In this document: positions 43,308-52,787 of the stretch, piece by piece
Layout of the letters: every line of letters starts with the position of its first letter
How positions within the stretch are numbered: position 1 is the first letter of the stretch
Assembly (NCBI GenBank): GCA_964426385.1
Contig: CAYRQF010000004.1
Location: 12,573 to 76,572 of the forward strand
Length of the DNA stretch: 64,000 bases
Direction of reading: 5' to 3'
Source of the DNA: an uncultured Candidatus Saccharibacteria bacterium
GTDB lineage: Bacteria; Patescibacteriota; Minisyncoccia; Phycocordibacterales; CSBR16-119
Program-made: the position numbers and the translations under genes
Notes under the pieces: generated by a model
What the model saw: the letters and a program-made list of their open reading frames with translations, nothing else
What the model was told of the DNA's origin: nothing
The model's database searches: none

Positions 43308-46300
43308 ATGTCATTTCTAAGAAGTAAGATTTTCGTAGCAATATTCTCGATGCTCGCCATGGTGATCCAGCCATATGCAGTTTTTGCCCAAGACTTCAGC
43401 TGGACTGAGCCATCTGGTCCACCTCTAGACAACAACGTCGCTCCGCCAGTAAACGTCGGACCTGTTGGTCAGACAAAGGATGGCGAGTTCTTCATAATGA
43501 AACAGGGAGGTAACGGTTTTGCCGTGCCTTTCTCTAGTGCATCTTTCGGAACGTATCTGCCTGGTATATTTGGTGGTCCTGCTATCGACTACCCGTCGAC
43601 AGTAAATATTTACGGCAATCTCCTTTACCGTCCAGATGGTACAGCCGGCGCTACTCCACCGGCGGGGCAAGTCCTCAGTACAGGTGTTAACGGCTATGCG
43701 AAATGGGTAGACCCTGCGACTCTCGTCGGTTCTGGATCAACGCTACCGACATGTACTGCTAATCAGGTTCTACAAGTAAACCAGACTGGAACATGGAGCT
43801 GTGGTACGGGTGCTACTAGCGCTACTTTACCAGTCGGAACAAATGGTCAGACACTTCGATATAATTCTACGATGGCACAATGGGAGCCAACCAGTGTTGT
43901 AACCGTAACGGGAACTGGTCCAGCCGTTGTCGGTGTCGGTAGTGGCGCAGGCAATAGTACTGGTGTGATCAACATCATGACCAGCTCGACCGTACCAAAT
44001 GCTCACATTGAGGTGGCGAGTCCAAGTATTATGCTCCGACCAGGGAGTTCTCCTATTCAGGCTGGACAGGTCCTCACTTCTACTACGACTCAGGGTCACA
44101 TCGGCTGGGTAGACCCGATCACTCTCCTCGGATCGCTACTACCTAACGGTACATCAGGACAAACTTTTGTTCACAATGGCACTAACTGGACCGCGACAGA
44201 TAAGCTTACGCATTCTCAGGCATCAGTAGCTATTCCAGCTCCATATGAAGGAGACTTCAATCCAGACGGATTCATGAGTAAGATTACAAACGATGTGTTT
44301 ATGCTAGACACCGCGAAGGCTAGCTTGGGAAGAGCGGGGCAAGGGTATGTCAATATATATGGACAGAATGCTGGCGCTCTCTCGAACAATTTTACGTTCA
44401 CACCGATGGTTGGTCAGACTCAAAATGTAAACTTTTTTAGTGATAATGTTAAATTTGCCGGACCATTTCAGAATAATCAGTGGGATAGCAAGTTAGGCAG
44501 ACTATTGTTTTCCAAGGATGACGAGGGTTCAATCAAATGGTCACGAGGACTTGAATATCAAGAGGATTTCGAAGGCATGTACAACATTTTCGGGGTAGTG
44601 GATGACGCAGACGATGCTGACGATATTCCACTTCTTTGGAGTGAGGGCCTTACATTCCTTCAGGGAGATACGACTATCGACGGACTAACAACTATCAATA
44701 ATGATTTGGTGGTTTCTACAGAAGGGGATTTGTTCCTTGAGGGTGTTAATTATCCTTCTGCTAGTGACAATGTAAAACATCTCTGTTTACGTATGAGTGA
44801 CAAGCAGGTCGTTCGTTGCGAACCACAGAATGTGATTGGAGAGGTCCCGCAAACTGAGACAAGAACAGGAATATTTACAGAAACTTTCGGTCCAGGTTCT
44901 GGTCCTGGGGTGTCCTTCCCTAGACCTAACCAGGCCCCTGGTGATGTGACAGTCAAGATCTGTGGTGCAGGAGGTGGAGGTGGAGGTGGAGGAAGAGGTT
45001 GGGAAGATGGTAGTGAGAACGGCCACGGTGGAGGTGGAGGTGGAGGTGGAGGAAAAGGTGACTGTATAACAACAGATATTACCGGACTTTCTGGAACTGA
45101 ACTAACATGGAATATCGGAAGTGGTGGAACTGGAGGTAGTCCTGGCAATATTGATGTTGTTTATCAGCCACAACCATCACAGACGAATGCTGATACTTCT
45201 GCCTCGAGTGGTCAGCCTGGTGCGGGAACACAAGTCTCTTATGAAGGAAATCAGATAGGTAGTGTTTTGGGTGGTGCCGGGGGTTATGCTGGTGCTAATG
45301 CATCCGGATCTGGTCCAGGTGTCGGTGGAAGTGGTGGATCAAGTAATATAAATATAGCTACAGCTGGGTGGCATAAAGGTTCTAATGGACAGATTAGTAC
45401 AGATAACGCTACAGAAATGGGTCAGGGTGGTGTCGGTGGAAAAGGAGAGAATAATGTCACTGGCCAAGGAGGTAACGGTGGATCAGGCGGACAACCTTTT
45501 AGCGGTTCTCAGTTCGGTAATGCTGGTCAACAGGGTGCTTCTGGTTATGGTGGTGGAGGCGGTGGTGGAGGCTCAGGTAAATGGTATGACTATCTATATA
45601 GTTTAAGTAACCAACAGAACCAGGATAACGCAATACGAAACCACGGCGGTTGGGGTGGTAACGGTGGAAGTGGATATGTTCAGCTTACATACTATGTTTA
45701 CATCGAGGAGCCAGCGGCACCTACAAGTGAAGAATTCTTGGCTAGCGGTTCATTTGATCTATCACAGATACCAACCGACGATCCTAACCTAGATGTTACA
45801 TTTGAAGTTTGGGGTGCGGGCGGAGGTGGCGGAGGTGCAGGTACAGCAACCCCTCCAAGTGGTAGTTATGTAAGACGTGGGGGTGGCGGAGGCGCTGGCG
45901 GATACGGAACTATAACTGTAGACAGATCAGCACTTCCGAACACAGGCACCCTCGCTATTACAGTCGGAAATGGTGGAACAGCGGGTACAATCACAACTTC
46001 TGGAGGTAATGGCGGACAGACTGTGGTAGCAGGAGCAATGTCTATAACTGTTGAAGGAGGAGAAGGTGGAAGTAAGAAAGTTTATGGTCAAACATGTGCT
46101 CCAGTTATTGCACAGGGTGGTGACACTATCTCTGGTGCGGCGTTGACCGCCGGTGGTGACGGTGGTTCATGCGGAGAACCTGCCGTGAATCCACCACCAA
46201 CTGGTTATGGAGGTGGAGGAGTACAGAGTGTTGGCGGATACGGTGGCGGAGGTGTTGGAGCATCAGTTAATTACTTGGGTGCACAGACCGTGGCCCCACA

Positions 46301-46337
46301 GCCTGGCCAGGGAGGACGAGTCTACATCTCCTGGTAA
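43308..46337 (+). CDS. large secreted glycine-rich hypothetical protein (1009 aa) with poly-Gly tracts
   Basis: Signal peptide MSFLRSKIFVAIFSMLAMVIQPYAVFA. Runs of 8-10 consecutive Gly and G-G-x-G repeats, with Thr/Ser/Asn-rich spacers. Ends ...GGRVYISW. Confidence 0.65.
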   Translation: MSFLRSKIFVAIFSMLAMVIQPYAVFAQDFSWTEPSGPPLDNNVAPPVNVGPVGQTKDGEFFIMKQGGNGFAVPFSSASFGTYLPGIFGGPAIDYPSTVNIYGNLLYRPDGTAGATPPAGQVLSTGVNGYAKWVDPATLVGSGSTLPTCTANQVLQVNQTGTWSCGTGATSATLPVGTNGQTLRYNSTMAQWEPTSVVTVTGTGPAVVGVGSGAGNSTGVINIMTSSTVPNAHIEVASPSIMLRPGSSPIQAGQVLTSTTTQGHIGWVDPITLLGSLLPNGTSGQTFVHNGTNWTATDKLTHSQASVAIPAPYEGDFNPDGFMSKITNDVFMLDTAKASLGRAGQGYVNIYGQNAGALSNNFTFTPMVGQTQNVNFFSDNVKFAGPFQNNQWDSKLGRLLFSKDDEGSIKWSRGLEYQEDFEGMYNIFGVVDDADDADDIPLLWSEGLTFLQGDTTIDGLTTINNDLVVSTEGDLFLEGVNYPSASDNVKHLCLRMSDKQVVRCEPQNVIGEVPQTETRTGIFTETFGPGSGPGVSFPRPNQAPGDVTVKICGAGGGGGGGGRGWEDGSENGHGGGGGGGGGKGDCITTDITGLSGTELTWNIGSGGTGGSPGNIDVVYQPQPSQTNADTSASSGQPGAGTQVSYEGNQIGSVLGGAGGYAGANASGSGPGVGGSGGSSNINIATAGWHKGSNGQISTDNATEMGQGGVGGKGENNVTGQGGNGGSGGQPFSGSQFGNAGQQGASGYGGGGGGGGSGKWYDYLYSLSNQQNQDNAIRNHGGWGGNGGSGYVQLTYYVYIEEPAAPTSEEFLASGSFDLSQIPTDDPNLDVTFEVWGAGGGGGGAGTATPPSGSYVRRGGGGGAGGYGTITVDRSALPNTGTLAITVGNGGTAGTITTSGGNGGQTVVAGAMSITVEGGEGGSKKVYGQTCAPVIAQGGDTISGAALTAGGDGGSCGEPAVNPPPTGYGGGGVQSVGGYGGGGVGASVNYLGAQTVAPQPGQGGRVYISW

Positions 46338-46363
46338 TTAAAGAAAAACATTATTAATAACAG

Positions 46364-46392
46364 CAAAAAACCCGGACAGCCGGGTTTTTTGC
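46364..46392 (+). terminator. Rho-independent terminator
   Basis: aaaaaacccggacagccgggttttttgc. Confidence 0.75.
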
Positions 46393-46404
46393 TACAATAT
46401 TGGA

Positions 46405-47172
46405 ATGATAAAAAAGCAAAAAGTTCTCGTCGTAGGAAACTGGAAAGCCAATCCTGACACTCTGAAGCTTGCTAAAGATAACCTGACAGCGGTCAAGAAG
46501 ATTAGCGCTAGAAACAAGAACGTTGATATCGTCATATGTCCTCCTGTTATATTTCTCGAAAGTCTAAAGAGTAACTCTCGGCCTATCACGCTAGGCGCGC
46601 AGGATATCTTTACCGAACCAAGCGGGCCGTTTACCGGATACATCGGCTACGAGGCTCTCCGTGACACCAAAGTTAAGTACGCTATCATCGGCCATTCTGA
46701 GCGCCGTGAATCTGGTGAGAGTGATGGAGATATAAACAGGAAGATCAAAACGGCTTTGTCTATCGGTATCACACCGATAGTCTGCGTCGGCGAGAAACAC
46801 CGTGACGCCAACCTCGAGTATTTGAGTTATCTGAAAACACAGCTTCACTCAGCCTTCAAAGAAGTCGCGAAATCATCTGTTCAGAAAATAGTTATTGCCT
46901 ACGAGCCTATATGGGCGATAGGGAAACATGCCAAGCGAGATGCTAAGCCGTCCGAAATTGAAGAGATGGTGATATTCATAAGGAGGGTTATAGGAGATAT
47001 TTATCATACTAAAAGCGTTCCACCAATACGTATCATTTACGGAGGCTCAGTCAGTCCAAATAACGTAGCTGACATATATATAAGTTCTCATGTTGATGGA
47101 TTCTTGGTTGGTCGTGCAAGCCTCACCCCAAAAATATTTGGTGAGATTATCGATAAAGTAAGCAAACTATAA
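46405..47172 (+). CDS. tpiA: triosephosphate isomerase
   Basis: VVGNWKAN, AIIGHSERR, and IAYEPIWAIG with the catalytic Glu. Confidence 0.9.
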   Translation: MIKKQKVLVVGNWKANPDTLKLAKDNLTAVKKISARNKNVDIVICPPVIFLESLKSNSRPITLGAQDIFTEPSGPFTGYIGYEALRDTKVKYAIIGHSERRESGESDGDINRKIKTALSIGITPIVCVGEKHRDANLEYLSYLKTQLHSAFKEVAKSSVQKIVIAYEPIWAIGKHAKRDAKPSEIEEMVIFIRRVIGDIYHTKSVPPIRIIYGGSVSPNNVADIYISSHVDGFLVGRASLTPKIFGEIIDKVSKL

Positions 47173-48173
47173 TGAAAAGCATCAGAGAAGTCACAGACTT
47201 AACAGAAAAAATCGTGCTTCTGCGCGTCGACTTCAACGTGCCAGTAGGGGACGATGGTGTTGTCGATGAGAGTGAGGACTTTCGTATCCGAAGGACTCTC
47301 GGAACTATCGAATATCTTGAGAATATAGGTGCGCGCATAATAATCATTAGCCATATTGATGAGGAGAGTGGGAGCACCACATTGCTTCCCGTCTATAACT
47401 ATCTGATGGGTCACTTTAAATTAGCATTCGCTCGAAACATAGCTGATGCCAAGACTTTTATCGGGAGTGTACAGATAGTACTCCTAGAAAATATTCGACA
47501 GTATGAGGGCGAGAAGATAAACGATCCGGAATTCGCCGCCGAGCTCGCAGGATTAGGGCATATATATGTGAATGAGGCTTTCTCGGTCTCTCATCGGGAG
47601 CACGCATCTATAGTCGGGTTGCCAAAACTGATGCCAAGTTATGCCGGACTTAACATGATAGAGGAAGTGAAAAATCTTTCATATGTATTAGGAAAGCCGG
47701 AACAGCCCTACATCGCTCTCGTTGGTGGAGCGAAACTTGAGAGTAAACGTCCTGTGATAGATAAACTCATGAGTGTGGCCGATGAAGTTCTAGTGGGCGG
47801 TAGGATAGGGCTCGATTGGTCCGAGGAGTTGCCGGACAACGTCTGTCTACCAAAGGATTACACGGAAGATGAGCTAGATATCGGACCTCAGACAATCGAA
47901 AGCTACAAGGAGTTGATAAAACTTTCAAAGACAGTGCTCTGGGCGGGGCCGATGGGTCAGTTCGAGCAGGAAGGGAACGAAAAGGGTACTAGAGCTGTAG
48001 CCGAAGCTATAATTTCCTCTGGAGCATACTCAGTAGTTGGTGGCGGTGATACTGCCAAGGCTCTAGCCAAGTTCGGACTTCTCGAAAAATTTACCTTTGT
48101 TTCTACTGGCGGTGGGGCAGTGCTTGAGTATATTGCTAACGGCACGCTTCCAGGTATAGAGGCCCTCGGATAG
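47172..48173 (+). CDS. pgk: phosphoglycerate kinase (short form)
   Basis: N-terminal LRVDFNVP, a SHI(D) region, and C-terminal STGGGAVLEYIANGTLPGIEAL. Its start overlaps the tpiA stop (TAATG). Confidence 0.8.
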   Translation: MKSIREVTDLTEKIVLLRVDFNVPVGDDGVVDESEDFRIRRTLGTIEYLENIGARIIIISHIDEESGSTTLLPVYNYLMGHFKLAFARNIADAKTFIGSVQIVLLENIRQYEGEKINDPEFAAELAGLGHIYVNEAFSVSHREHASIVGLPKLMPSYAGLNMIEEVKNLSYVLGKPEQPYIALVGGAKLESKRPVIDKLMSVADEVLVGGRIGLDWSEELPDNVCLPKDYTEDELDIGPQTIESYKELIKLSKTVLWAGPMGQFEQEGNEKGTRAVAEAIISSGAYSVVGGGDTAKALAKFGLLEKFTFVSTGGGAVLEYIANGTLPGIEALG

Positions 48174-48254
48174 ATTTCCACAGTGGATTACTAGAAATAG
48201 GTCTATAATTACTGGGTCTAAGTTTTATAACTAATTATTATTTGGTTTTGAAAA

Positions 48255-48983
48255 ATGAAAAAATCTAAACTCACAGAAAAAAGGATGCTGATAGGCCTAA
48301 TAGCCCTTCTCTTTGTTGTAACATTCGTACACACCATAGGGATATTGAATATCTCTGAAGAGGTATCTAATGTACCAGCTGATTCTCAAAAAGCTCAGGT
48401 CGCAACGCTCTCAATTTGTCTTCAGGTGACACCACTATATAACATAGTGGAACCAGGAGAATATGTTACAGAGGGTCTGTATCCTGCGGTTACAACCTAT
48501 ATGTACTTCAATATTAAAAATCTTTGTACTGCTACTATAAATATCTTCAATCCTGGAGTGGGGTACACTACTCCTACTTTACAGAACCTTCAAACCAGGC
48601 AAGCAAACGGAAACCCGATGAATATATTAAGTCCCCAGCACCCCAACTATAATATTAACTACTACGCTGAGTTCGTAGAGTGCTTTAATTGTAGTAACGG
48701 AACTTTGACATACCCTTCTACTGCCGTGGGTACGCCTCCGACCGTGTATGTCCATCCTATTGCCCCTCAACAGACACGTACTATCATATTTACTAATGTT
48801 ACAGGGATGACGGACGTATCTGAGTGGCCTATCAGAGTTGCACCGAAAGCTATAAAGTGGATAGCTCAGAGTGCTCTTACAAACGGACAGGTTCAGCAGG
48901 GTGAAATTATTACAACTCCGATTCCTGCGACAAATGCAGCTACTTGGGCGAGTGATTTCATCGAGCCAGCTTACGAGCAGTAA
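48255..48983 (+). CDS. secreted/membrane-anchored hypothetical protein
   Basis: N-terminal TM KRMLIGLIALLFVVTFVHTIGIL. Thr/Asn-rich. Confidence 0.5.
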   Translation: MKKSKLTEKRMLIGLIALLFVVTFVHTIGILNISEEVSNVPADSQKAQVATLSICLQVTPLYNIVEPGEYVTEGLYPAVTTYMYFNIKNLCTATINIFNPGVGYTTPTLQNLQTRQANGNPMNILSPQHPNYNINYYAEFVECFNCSNGTLTYPSTAVGTPPTVYVHPIAPQQTRTIIFTNVTGMTDVSEWPIRVAPKAIKWIAQSALTNGQVQQGEIITTPIPATNAATWASDFIEPAYEQ

Positions 48984-49001
48984 AATATAGGATAAACGAA
49001 C

Positions 49002-49033
49002 AAGGACCCCTCCATCGGAGGGGTCCTTTCGTT
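49002..49033. terminator. bidirectional terminator between convergent genes
   Basis: caaggacccctccatcggaggggtcctttcgtt. Confidence 0.7.
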
Positions 49034-49054
49034 GCGAGGCGTGCAACTAACGTG

Positions 49055-50071
49055 CTAGTGCTTCACTATGCGTTGAGGTGTCTCATTCCCAACCCTGCAT
49101 AGGTACATCCCCACTGGGAGATCTCGGAGAGACACGACTCCGTTTGAGGGTGTTACTCCGAGCCAAACGGTCTTGCCACTCATGTCTGAGATAACTAGAT
49201 GCTCGGGACGGCCTGAGTTACTGACGGTAATAACATCATCGAATGGGTTTGGAAACACCACTGTCTGATGTATTGCTTGATCAGCAATCTCGGTGCTGAT
49301 GTCTCCAGCGGTGAAGCAAGGAGATTGATCGGTTGCAACCACTCCGGACATGCTTGGTCCGAATTCTCCAGCGATGCTATCCTCGGTGTGTATCAAGCTG
49401 GCTTCAGCTCGAAGCTCTACGAGGGATCCACTGTAGTCAAAAACGAAAGTGTGGTGATCGGACAGATCGCTCGACTGAGGCTGACGCTCAGATGCGATGA
49501 CGGAATCGTCGGAGCATCTTACCAGTCGAACCTCTACTTCGGACTTCTTGTATCCGCAGTCGTAGAACATATTGGGGGCGAGGTTCCAGTCTTCGGCGTG
49601 TACATCAACAGTGATCTGGTCGCCTGAGATGACTGGCGACTGCTCAATGTTGAAGTATGACGGCGGACTGTATACTCGTCCACCCATGGGGTCGTAGCTA
49701 CTTTCATAGTAAGCCGTATTTTCGCCGGGGTTAAAGATGGCGAAAGCAACGTTTACGTTGTAGTGTGTGCCCCAAGGAAAAATGGGGAAGTACTCCAGTG
49801 TGATCGAGTCAACACCCGGTTCGTAGATCGTTCGAATGACTGAATGCAGGGTTTGGCCGTTCAGTGTGGCGGAAATGGTCTTGGGTCCGGCATCAGTCCA
49901 GCACGTCTCGAAAACGAACCACACTTTGTAGGGCTCAAGACTGAGACCTCCGATGGGATTCTCAGTCGAGGCGCACGGCGAGTAGAGGGGGCGGACTGGT
50001 GCGATGCACTGTCCGAAACTGGTGGGAATGAGGGCGCAAAGAAGCGCTAGGGTGACAAAGAGCTTTTTCAT
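49055..50071 (-). CDS. secreted protein with C-terminal T9SS-type sorting domain (Por_Secre_tail-like)
   Basis: Signal peptide MKKLFVTLALLCALIPTSFGQ. The C-terminal ~70 aa, VVFPNPFDDVITVSNSGRPEHLVISDMSGKTVWLGV...LPVGMYLCRVGNETPQRIVKH, match the Bacteroidota T9SS C-terminal-domain consensus. Confidence 0.65.
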   Translation of the reverse strand: MKKLFVTLALLCALIPTSFGQCIAPVRPLYSPCASTENPIGGLSLEPYKVWFVFETCWTDAGPKTISATLNGQTLHSVIRTIYEPGVDSITLEYFPIFPWGTHYNVNVAFAIFNPGENTAYYESSYDPMGGRVYSPPSYFNIEQSPVISGDQITVDVHAEDWNLAPNMFYDCGYKKSEVEVRLVRCSDDSVIASERQPQSSDLSDHHTFVFDYSGSLVELRAEASLIHTEDSIAGEFGPSMSGVVATDQSPCFTAGDISTEIADQAIHQTVVFPNPFDDVITVSNSGRPEHLVISDMSGKTVWLGVTPSNGVVSLRDLPVGMYLCRVGNETPQRIVKH

Positions 50072-50142
50072 GGGTCAGGAGTTTTGGTCTGAGGTTTCGT
50101 TCGGACTATACCACGAAAGACTATAATAGTCAAATAGGGCTA

Positions 50143-50260
50143 CGCAAAATGTAAGCTTTCTCAAATCCTCGAAGACGCAAGCGCCGGCTTTTGCCTAAAA
50201 CGGCAAAACCGGTTACGTTCTCGGATTTTCGAAAGCTTACATTTTGCTCCGCAGAGAGGG
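50143..50260. repeat. Copy 3 (A-module only) of the structured palindromic repeat family
   Basis: The outer stem gcaaaatgtaagctttc...gaaagcttacattttgc pairs perfectly and carries compensatory CA-to-TG/AT-to-CA changes relative to copy 2. The 72-nt core is identical to copy 2. Confidence 0.7.
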
Positions 50261-50268
50261 AGTTATTT

Positions 50269-50667
50269 TTAGAGATAAGCCTTTATTTTTTGGGCTATTT
50301 GCTCCTTTTCTCCCTCCTCATACTTTTTGATAGGGGATTCTGGAATAGGCTCGTCATTTGACCTGGGTATCAAGTGTATATGAAGATGATCTGGTACACC
50401 GATCCCGACTATCTCTACCTGTACATAATCACACCCAATACTTGAAATCATGGCAGTAATAATTTCTTTGGACTTTATAATCAAATACTTCAGTAAATCG
50501 TCTGGAACAAACTGAATACGGCCGACTTTTTCTTTGGGCACAAGAAGCAGATGACCCTTGGATTGTGGGCTAATATCTATAAAGGCTAGACATTTATCAT
50601 CCTCATAGACTTTGGTGGCCGGTATCTCGCCATCAATAATTTTCTCAAAAACGGTTTTCATACCCAC
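50269..50667 (-). CDS. HIT-family (histidine triad) nucleotide hydrolase
   Basis: HLHIHLIP histidine-triad motif. About 130 aa, typical of HINT proteins. Confidence 0.85.
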   Translation of the reverse strand: MGMKTVFEKIIDGEIPATKVYEDDKCLAFIDISPQSKGHLLLVPKEKVGRIQFVPDDLLKYLIIKSKEIITAMISSIGCDYVQVEIVGIGVPDHLHIHLIPRSNDEPIPESPIKKYEEGEKEQIAQKIKAYL

Positions 50668-50684
50668 AATTGTAACATGCTACA

Positions 50685-52397
50685 ATGACGTTCATGCCTT
50701 TGAAGCCTATCCCTAAAAAAGTTGAAAAAGAGCTCGAAAAATACCCACCTCTGACTCAGAGACTTCTTTTTAATCGCGGGATTGTGACGAAAGAAGAGGC
50801 TGAGACATTCATGAATCCTTCGTACGAGGACCATGTCTACGATCCGTTCCTTATGTCTCGACTCGAGGAGGCTGTGGATCGGATATACGTAGCAGTGAAG
50901 AGTGACGAAAAGATTTCCATATTTGCAGATTATGACTGCGATGGCATACCGGGAGCCGTTGTCATGAATGACTTTTTCCATCTCATAAAATATGAGAATT
51001 TTGAAATATATATTCCTGACAGACACAAAGAGGGTTATGGCTTAAACCGTATGGCACTCCAAGATATAGCTGATAGGGGAGGTAGCCTCGTTATCACAGT
51101 AGACCTCGGTATTACAGCCGTTGACGATGTTGAGTTTGCCAAGAGTCTCGGGTTGTTTGTCATCGTGACCGACCATCACCTTCCTCAGGATGTTTTGCCG
51201 GATACTCTAGTTGTGAATCCGAAACAACCAGGAGATACATATCCAGATAACATGCTCTGCGGGGCAGGGGTGGCGTTCAAAGTAGTTCAGGGATTTGTAA
51301 AAAAATACGGCGAAGAGTTCGGGGTGAAAGAAAGTGCACTCAAGTGGATGCTCGACATGGTCGGACTCGCGACACTAGCCGATATGGTACCGCTCCGCGA
51401 TGAGAATAGGGCGCTCGCATACTACGGTCTCAAGGTCCTGAGACAGACTAGACGGCCTGGACTACTCCAGTTATTACGCCGAGTAAATATTGACCCTCGA
51501 ACGCTACAAGAAGAAGACCTGACATTTTCTATATGCCCGAAACTTAACGCCGCATCTAGGATGGATACACCGATGCGAGCATTCGAACTCCTAGCGGCGA
51601 ATGATGATGGAACCGCCGGGCTCAAAGCCATGCATCTAACGAAAATGAACGATGAGCGCAAGACTCTGGTTGCAACCATGATGCGAAGCGTCAAGAAAAC
51701 GTTCGCTCATCCAGAGCGTATAGATAGGTCTGTCATAGTCATCGGGGATCCAACTTGGCGGGCGGGGGTGCTCGGACTAGTTGCGGGAAAAATTGTCGAT
51801 GAGTTCAAGAAGCCAGCGTTCGTCTGGGGTCTCGAGGGTGGGACGGTCATCAAGGGCTCGTGTCGCTCTGACGGTACAGTTAACCTTGTCGACATGATGA
51901 AGTGCCTACCTGCAAATGGGTTACTCGAGTTCGGCGGACATGCTGGCGCTGGGGGATTCTCTGTTTCTTATGAAGAGATTCATTTCCTAGAGGAGCGTCT
52001 AGTCGAGGCCTATGACAAAACAAAAATCGCGAAAGTTGATAGTGCTGAGGGGGTAGAGATTGATACAGAACTAACACTCGACGAGGTAAACGAGAGAACC
52101 TGGAACGAGATTGAGAAGCTTGCGCCGTTCGGTGCCGCGAATCCGAAACCGGTATTCCTCCTCCGCGATATCGAAGTGAGAGATATAAAAATATTCGGCA
52201 AAGCCAAGGATCACCTCGAGCTATCATTTCTTGATTCGAACGAAAGGCGAGTGAAAGCTATCAGCTTCTTCAAGTCTCCAAGTGACTACGGTGACAAGGT
52301 TAAGTTGGGGGCGAAGATTAATCTCTATGCCAATATGGAAAAATCAGTTTTTGGGTATAAGAAGGAGATAAGGCTTCGGATAATCGAAATAAAGTAA
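50685..52397 (+). CDS. recJ: single-stranded-DNA-specific exonuclease RecJ
   Basis: DHH-family motifs ADYDCDGIP, ITVDLG and VIVTDHHLP, followed by a DHHA1-like region. Confidence 0.85.
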   Translation: MTFMPLKPIPKKVEKELEKYPPLTQRLLFNRGIVTKEEAETFMNPSYEDHVYDPFLMSRLEEAVDRIYVAVKSDEKISIFADYDCDGIPGAVVMNDFFHLIKYENFEIYIPDRHKEGYGLNRMALQDIADRGGSLVITVDLGITAVDDVEFAKSLGLFVIVTDHHLPQDVLPDTLVVNPKQPGDTYPDNMLCGAGVAFKVVQGFVKKYGEEFGVKESALKWMLDMVGLATLADMVPLRDENRALAYYGLKVLRQTRRPGLLQLLRRVNIDPRTLQEEDLTFSICPKLNAASRMDTPMRAFELLAANDDGTAGLKAMHLTKMNDERKTLVATMMRSVKKTFAHPERIDRSVIVIGDPTWRAGVLGLVAGKIVDEFKKPAFVWGLEGGTVIKGSCRSDGTVNLVDMMKCLPANGLLEFGGHAGAGGFSVSYEEIHFLEERLVEAYDKTKIAKVDSAEGVEIDTELTLDEVNERTWNEIEKLAPFGAANPKPVFLLRDIEVRDIKIFGKAKDHLELSFLDSNERRVKAISFFKSPSDYGDKVKLGAKINLYANMEKSVFGYKKEIRLRIIEIK

Positions 52398-52398
52398 A

Positions 52399-52430
52399 AG
52401 AAAACCCCTCAACTGAGGGGTTTTCTTTTG
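52399..52430. terminator. bidirectional terminator between recJ and rplT
   Basis: aaagaaaacccctcaactgaggggttttcttttgg. Confidence 0.75.
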
Positions 52431-52436
52431 GTTAGA

Positions 52437-52784
52437 CTACTTGTTTACTGAGTCAAATATTCTCTTGAATGCTTCTGGGTGATTCACTGCGATATCGGCT
52501 AGGACTTTGCGATCGAGGCCAACGTTGTGTTTCTTGAGGGCAGCGATGAATCGTGAGTATGTCATGCCGAGTGGTCTGACAGCAGCGTTTAGCTTGGCCT
52601 GCCAGAGAGCTCTGGCATCAGCCTTCTTGTCCTTTCTGTGGGCGAAAGCATGGTATCCAGCGTGCTTGATGGCAACCTTTGCCTCACGCTCTTTGGTTGA
52701 ACGACCGAAACGATAGCCTTTGACCTTGGCCAGGACATTCTTTCTCCTCTTTAATGAAATTGTTCCTCTTTTTACTCTTGGCAT
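52437..52784 (-). CDS. rplT: 50S ribosomal protein L20
   Basis: MPRVKRG...KRRKNVLAKVKGYRFGRS matches the bL20 N-terminus. Confidence 0.9.
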   Translation of the reverse strand: MPRVKRGTISLKRRKNVLAKVKGYRFGRSTKEREAKVAIKHAGYHAFAHRKDKKADARALWQAKLNAAVRPLGMTYSRFIAALKKHNVGLDRKVLADIAVNHPEAFKRIFDSVNK

Positions 52785-52787
52785 ATA

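Noticed and set aside
44750-45148. 132-aa Pro-rich minus-strand ORF
   Set aside because: It is an artefact of reading the (GGN)n glycine tracts on the opposite strand (CCN = Pro).
50658-51026. 122-aa minus-strand ORF overlapping the recJ start
   Set aside because: It is antisense to the conserved RecJ N-terminus and is spurious.
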